DNA of 42,580 bases from Nemertoderma westbladi (taxonomy: Eukaryota; Animalia; Xenacoelomorpha). The DNA is taken from contig JAUCBJ010007521.1 in assembly GCA_032718475.1 (NCBI GenBank), positions 1 through 42,580 of the forward strand. The letters are read 5' to 3'. The position numbers were made by a program, and so were the translations under genes. This document shows, one piece after another, positions 36,689 to 42,580 of this stretch (the stretch's first letter is position 1; each line of letters starts with the position of its first letter). The notes under the pieces are model-generated. The model worked only from the letters and a program-made list of their open reading frames with translations, was not told where the DNA came from and searched no databases.

Positions 36689-36988
36689 GTAATATATTGA
36701 TACCATATCTAATTTTTTTTGTTCTCACTCTGAAATTGTGTTTTTTTCCTTAATAATTTATACATTATCTTACTCGTTGTATATTCGTTGGTCGGAAAAC
36801 GACACCGCATAAAATGATACTGTTTCCAGCATTGGGTATCGACCTAAAAACGAAAATCTGAGCTACGTGTCTCACCCGATCTTTGTTTTTGAGTCGATAC
36901 CTAATGTCAAACTCAGCATCATTTTTCTTAGGCATCGTTTTCCGACCAACACAATTTTAGAGTGAGAACTATGGTGTCAATTTATTAC
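36689..36988. repeat. 300-bp imperfect palindrome (MITE or hairpin) upstream of the PC4-like ORF
   Basis: Nested inverted pairs: GTAATATATTGATACCATA / TATGGTGTCAATTTATTAC, GTTCTCACTCTGAAATTGTG / CACAATTTTAGAGTGAGAAC, GTTGGTCGGAAAACGA / TCGTTTTCCGACCAAC. Confidence 0.8.
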
Positions 36989-37045
36989 AGCGATACGGTT
37001 TAAAATTTATCACTTGTAATATTTTTCGTATTTATTATTATTATT

Positions 37046-38052
37046 ATGGCCTTAACGCAAAAAACCGGAGCAACAAATAGCTGGAAATTTACTTACAATA
37101 AATATACTTGTACCGTCGTTCACAGCAAGTATTTTATTGTGGAATCTCAGGAGGACAACGAATCAATTTGTTTTTCCCATCAAGATACCCGCTATTTGTT
37201 AGACATTCTAGCACCAACAACCAACATCAATCCAGACCAGCAATTATACCAGGTAGGATATATCCCACTCTTCGTTTTGCGCGGGGAAATTTGAATATTT
37301 CCATCAACCCCACATCGGGTGATGTTTACGTTCAGAAACAAGGCAAATGTAAAGTTCTCAACAAAGCTTTTACTGAAGTTCTAATTCAATACAGAGGGAA
37401 ATTATTGCAATTTCTCTCTCCACCGCTAGAGATTATTAGCGATCAATTCTACATTGAATTATCAAATCCAGAGTTTATTGGATTTGTAACAGCTTTTAAA
37501 GGAACCAACTATGTTGGCTTATGGAAAATCAGCCTCAGATACACTGATAGTGTTGGTTTTAACTATTATACAGGTTTCAATTTGTCAAAACAGGAACTAA
37601 CCGTTTTGTTGCGAGAGTGGGACAACCAAGTCGATGAAACAGACAAGCATCTTTTTGATAAAAATATCATTCAATTATCAGACCGTCTCAAAATGATTAA
37701 AACCAATAATAAAAAAATTATTATCACCAACACCGATAATTCTACTGAAGTAGGTGCCGGCGGAAATTCTATCGAGTTGCATTACTTGAATGATAAAGCC
37801 CATATTAGTTTTCTCAAAGAATCGCTGGATGGCGTTTCTCTTACTGAAGCCCATGTTGACGGTTTTGTCCTTTTGGATAAACCTAAAGCGTTCGTAGAGA
37901 TCCCATCACCTAATCCAGATGTTGAAGAGAGTTGCTCTCAACCGCAACAGGTCTTTCCTGAAATATTACCTCGGAAGCCAAGATCATCGACCGTAAATTT
38001 ACCAACGCATCACCTGCAAAGAAACAGAAAGTTGTCAGTAACCCAGTTCTAG
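37046..38052 (+). CDS. Polinton ORF with a PC4/Sub1-like ssDNA-binding domain, probably frameshifted near 37230-37290
   Basis: GFVTAFKGTNYVGLWKI...TGFNLSKQELTVLLREWDNQVD follows the PC4 pattern (V..FKG..V.IR...GI.L..EQW..L). The ATG ORF at 37046 overlaps the long 37108 frame, which lacks an early ATG. Confidence 0.5.
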
Positions 38053-38135
38053 TAGAGCCTGTTACTAATTCTCCATGGAAACCAGATTATTATCCTAACA
38101 TGTAAGCCTAATCATAAGTTAAACTCTTTGCGGTT

Positions 38136-38225
38136 TCCAATAGTCATAAGCGATTGGTGATTGGTTTAAAATTATTTCCCTCGCTAGCATATAAATGTTT
38201 AGATGTAGTCAATATCATATCATTT
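38136..38225 (+). promoter_or_regulatory. Candidate PolB promoter: CCAAT boxes, TATA, initiator
   Basis: CCAAT near 38137, ATTGG twice at 38152-38164, TATAAAT at 38190, TCATTT at 38220, ATG at 38292. Confidence 0.5.
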
Positions 38226-38291
38226 CATTTTATTTTAATCTTTGGAGATATTTTATTATTATTATTATTATTTATCTAAACAAACTTCAAC

Positions 38292-41200
38292 ATGGATAAA
38301 ATAACAATATGTTGTTCATTCTGTCATATGAATGTAACTAGACATAATTATTTACGCCACCTACGGTCACATTTTGAAAGTTATTCTTGTTTAAAGTGTC
38401 ATGTCGTGACTTCATGCAGCGAAATTTATAAACGACATGAATCGACTACTGGTTGTAAAGAAATGGAGTTCCGCACCTATCAATTGACTTGTTCTACCTG
38501 TAATAAAGAGTATACATATGACAATTATTTACGACACGATTGTCACTTGAAATGTTACTACACAAGAAAGCGTAAATTTCCGCAACATAAAAATATATTA
38601 TCTAGAAAAAACTTAAGGGTGGCTCTTGGTACATGCGCAACAATTTTTACGCGGGAACAAGAAGCTCACGATAATCGTCTTGAAATTTATGTCCACGACC
38701 TCCCAACTTCTAGAGATTATCCCGATGTAGAAACAGCAGTAATGCAAATTCGAGGTAATATTCTTCAGTTAATATTAGATAGATTGAAAGAAATGAATGT
38801 TCTTAGACTGTGGTTAGGTCTAAATGTATTAATGTACAGGTCACATTTTTCAGAAGGTGAGCAATTGGAAACCTTTTATTTTAATTCTTCCGGTGGTGCT
38901 ATTAATACTGTAGATTCGCCGCAAAGTTTTGACACATGGTTTGAGTATGTGTTGGGGAATATATTACAAAAAATAGCCATCTTTAACACACGTGGTTCTG
39001 GGTGGCGTATTAAATCTTTATTAAGGGTTGAAATTAAATTAGCTGAATCTAAGTGTAGGTCGTTACTATATAAGGGGCATGGGTATATGGAATTACCTAA
39101 GGCTCTTCTATCAGGTAAAAATTGTACAATAAATATACAAACGGTAGATAATGACTGTTTTAAATGGGCAATTATATCTGCAAAATTTAGTAGCAAAGTG
39201 AAAAACAACAAACAGTGTACTTCATCGTACAAAAATTATATGACTCATTTCATTTTTGACAACGGGAACAAAGATTATCCAACAGAGTGGCAGTTAGCAA
39301 TTAAACTTTTTGAAAAACAAAATTCAAAATATATAATTAATTTATTATGTTGGAATAACGACAACAAACGCACCCCAGTATCTATATTAAGACAACCTCC
39401 GTTTAGTAAAATTACACCTGATAAACAGTTATTAAATATATTACTTGTAGTAAAAAATAACAATGTACCTAAACTGAATCATTATGTTTGCATAACTAAC
39501 TTGAATCGATTGCTGAATACGAGAGCACTTCATATCAGGAATAGGAAATATTGCGAAAGGTGTTTGGCTCATTTTTTTCGAGCGGAAGTTCTTCATCGAC
39601 ACCGTCTCGCCTGCTACCAAGGAAGAAGTCAGCGCGAGAAACTACCTAATAAAAAAAGAACACACATTAGTTTTACAAATTTAGATAGAACCTTATCCCC
39701 ATTGTTTGTCACCTACTTTGATATAGAATGTATCTTACAACCGTCAGTTAATAATCAAATTATACAGGAGCATATACCGTGTGCTGTGAGTTATTTAATT
39801 GTTCCCAATACTGAATTAATTGATGCTCCAAAATGTCATTTGAAAACATTCGTAAAGTCAAATAATAATAATTGTATTCAAGATTTCTTAGATTCATTAT
39901 ATACTGATTTAACTGAATTATGTTGTTGGTCAGAAATATACACTCATAAAACTATGTCATTTACTAATATTGATTTTGTAAATTTTGAACAAGCAAAATT
40001 TTGTTTTTATTGTAATGTTACTTTAATAATAATGTTGGGAAAAACAGACACCATTCACATATTACAGGTAAATATATTGCGGTAGCCTGTAATAGTTGTA
40101 ACCGAAGTTTATCATTGAAACGATACCTGTATGTACTTTGCGGGCACAATTCCAACAATTACGATATACATTGTATATTACAAAGCGGATTTAGAGATAA
40201 GAAATACACAGATTGGGATATAAAGGTTATACCGAGAAATACAGAACGATATATTTCACTGAGTGCCTTTATCCCAATTAAAAACACTTCTAAGAAAATT
40301 GAGTTACGTTTCTTAGACACATATCAATTTTTAAGCTTTTCTTTAAGTAATTTAGTTGAGTGTTCAACAAAGGATGTAGCCAGTCATGATATAAGCTCAA
40401 TTTTACCTATTACTCTACAAGAAATGAAATATTTTTATCCAAACTTGAATAACTCAACGATTAAACGGAAAGGAGTATTTCCATACGAGTACTTGACAGA
40501 TATAAATAAATTTAATGATACTGGTTTGCCGTCTATAAATAATTTTTTTAGTAACTTAAGTCAAAAAACATGCACAATTGAAGATTATAGGTTTGCGGGA
40601 ATATCATGGGTATAATTCGACTGTGTGAATCTCAAAGATTATCTTTTAGCCTATTTAAAACTTGATGTTTGTTTGCTTGCCGATATATTTGAGAATTTTA
40701 GGAATGTTTGTAAACAAAATTACGATTTAGAAGCGGTTTTTTACTGTAGTATCGCGTCATTTACCTATGATTGCGCGCTAAAATATAATAAATGTAAAAT
40801 AGAATTAATAAAGGATTATCAGACATATAGAGATTTTGAAAAATCAATTAGGGGTGGTGTTTCATTTTGTCGAAAACATTATATAGAATCAAATATACCA
40901 GGTACAAGTACATATGATTCTACTAAGGAAGAATGCCATATTTTTAATATTGATTTCAACTCTTTATATTCTGGGAATTTAAGTAAAAAACTACCCACCT
41001 CACAATTCAAAGAAGTAAGTATTAAACATTTAGAGAATGCAATACCAGAAAAACTAATCGAGTACTTGGTAGATTTAGACATTGAGGGATCTACTGGATA
41101 TTTTTTAATATGTGATTTAAATTATCCCAAGGCTATTCACGATCAAACATTACAATTACCGTTAGCCCCCGAGCATTTAAGTAGGCTAAATATTTGGCTA

Positions 41201-41855
41201 TTTAGCTAAATTGGATATGTATGATCTGTATTACAATAAATTGCTACCTATTGAGAAAGAATTAAACTGCCGTATTGAAATTGCTGCATCAGACACTGAC
41301 TCTTTGATAGGTTGTTACTATAATACATCGCAGAATAATTTTTTAAAAGCATTAATTAAAAATAATATTTTAGATACATCCAATTACCCTAAGGATCACC
41401 CGCTCTACAGCGATAAAAATAAATCCAGACTCTATTACTGTAAAGACGAACTAGCCTCACGTGAAATTAAACAAGCAGTATTTTTAAGACCAAAATTATA
41501 TTCAATTTTGGAATGGAATAATAAAAATATTCGTAGAGCAAAAGGTATTACAAGAGCTGTTGTGGAAACGAATATTACACATGAAGAATATTTAAAAGCA
41601 TATAACTCAAATGAAGAAATAAAAAAAAACATACACAGATTTCAATCTAAATTACATCGTATTTATACCTTAAAGCAAAATAAATTTGCACTCAGTAGCT
41701 TTGATGATAAACTTTATTGGCTTAATAAAAATCAATCGCTTCCTTGGGGGCACTATAAAACAAACCTCAAAAAACCTATAAAAATATCAAATATACCAAT
41801 TTATGAAGAACCAAAAGACGACGGTGTTGATGATGAATTATCAAATAGTAAATAA
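38292..41855 (+). pseudogene. Protein-primed family B DNA polymerase (Polinton group-2 type, with N-terminal zinc fingers and an endonuclease VII-like insert), disrupted
   Basis: GSGW, INIQ.DN.CFKWAI, HYVCI.NL.RLL, ExoI YFDIEC, HHSHITGKY...CNSCN, ExoII HNSNNYD, RFLDT, KGVFPYEY, ExoIII YLKLDV.LLAD, DFNSLY, SDTDS, RPKLYS, AKGI, LPWGHY. Frameshift near 40022, in-frame TAA at 40613-40615, motif B region missing near 41180. Confidence 0.93.
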
Positions 41856-42384
41856 AAATATAAGTTGTAAGCAGATTATTTATGGACTTAATTTGAAAGA
41901 ATTAAAAAAGCAATTGAATGGTAAAATTGTACTCAAACCTAATCAGTTTATATATAAGGTATTTGGTGCAACCATATTAATGTTTACAAATGGACGAATA
42001 ACAATTCTCGGTGGAAAATATAATTTTAATAAAGTGAAAAAACATATATTAGAAAAAACAAACATTAATTTGATTTTTAAATCAATCAATTTGTGTACTT
42101 ATATTTTTAGTATCGATACTGTAATTTATAGGTTACTTATAAATAATATCGGGTTTTATGTTATATTTGATAATGTTAAACTAGAAATTTCATACGACCC
42201 TGAAATATTCAATAACTGTAAAGTCAGAATAAATAATATTGTTGTTGTTTGCTGTTTCTACACTGGTAAATGTACATTAATGTGTTCCCCGTTTAAATTT
42301 CATATATATTATCCTATTTTCAACAAGCTGGTTAATAATTTATTATTGTTTGGTGTGGGGGTTTTTGATGTAAAATATAATTAG
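41803..42384 (+). CDS. Divergent TATA-box-binding-protein-like protein (two TBP repeats) in the Polinton; likely start at ATG 41830 or 41833
   Basis: Repeat 1 YQIVN...LNLKEL...KPNQF...ATILMFTNGRITILGGK; repeat 2 FKSIN...ISYDPEIF...VVVCCFYTGKCTLM...IYYPIF. These parallel TBP motifs NPKRF/TALIFSSGKMVCTGAK and SYEPELF/VLLIFVSGKVVLTG/IYPIL. Confidence 0.75.
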   Translation: MKNQKTTVLMMNYQIVNKNISCKQIIYGLNLKELKKQLNGKIVLKPNQFIYKVFGATILMFTNGRITILGGKYNFNKVKKHILEKTNINLIFKSINLCTYIFSIDTVIYRLLINNIGFYVIFDNVKLEISYDPEIFNNCKVRINNIVVVCCFYTGKCTLMCSPFKFHIYYPIFNKLVNNLLLFGVGVFDVKYN

Positions 42385-42580
42385 TACCGGTACGAGTGAA
42401 ATTTATTGTTGTTGTTGCTGTTTGGTGGTGGAGATTTTTACTGTAAAATATATATATTAAATTGAAGGGAGAAGAAATTTATGAATATTTTTTTAAAATC
42501 AATAACTAGTTTGAGGGGGAAATTAACTTCAGTAGAGCGATTGTTTCTTGTAACACTCAAGTAGGCATAGTATACTCAGC

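Larger units (their letters stand above)
35898..42580 (+). mobile_element. Decayed Polinton/Maverick (adintovirus-like) element, left part; continues beyond the window
   Basis: Protein-primed PolB, compact co-oriented intronless ORFs, candidate AGTAGT terminus at 35898 followed by a GC-richer non-coding stretch. The left boundary is inferred. Confidence 0.8.

Noticed and set aside
42400-42580. Possible end of a convergent minus-strand gene after the TBP-like ORF
   Set aside because: Too little sequence before the window edge to support a call.

Overview
AT-rich, transposon-dense animal (invertebrate-like) nuclear DNA. Host genes are CFAP57/WDR65 (3 exons, 12903-19717), three tightly packed intronless genes (a 2-TM Tim17/Romo1-family gene, MRPL23 and CLP1) with operon-like spacers, and a divergent pair (NERD1/FG-GAP-like membrane protein and RPP38). 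Mobile DNA includes a decayed intron-containing hAT-type transposase, a 7.5-kb foldback element with an 8-bp TSD whose arms carry a 147/167-bp satellite, a non-autonomous MULE with a 9-bp TSD, several MITEs and LINE 3' fragments. From about 35.9 kb to the window end lies a decayed Polinton/Maverick-type endogenous virus. It carries a PC4-like ORF, a broken protein-primed PolB and an intact TATA-binding-protein-like ORF overlapping the PolB stop, the most unusual signal here. Comparing paired repeat arms also shows TA-to-TACAGTA insertions that match Tc1/mariner excision footprints. All family calls are by eye from motifs; no searches were run.
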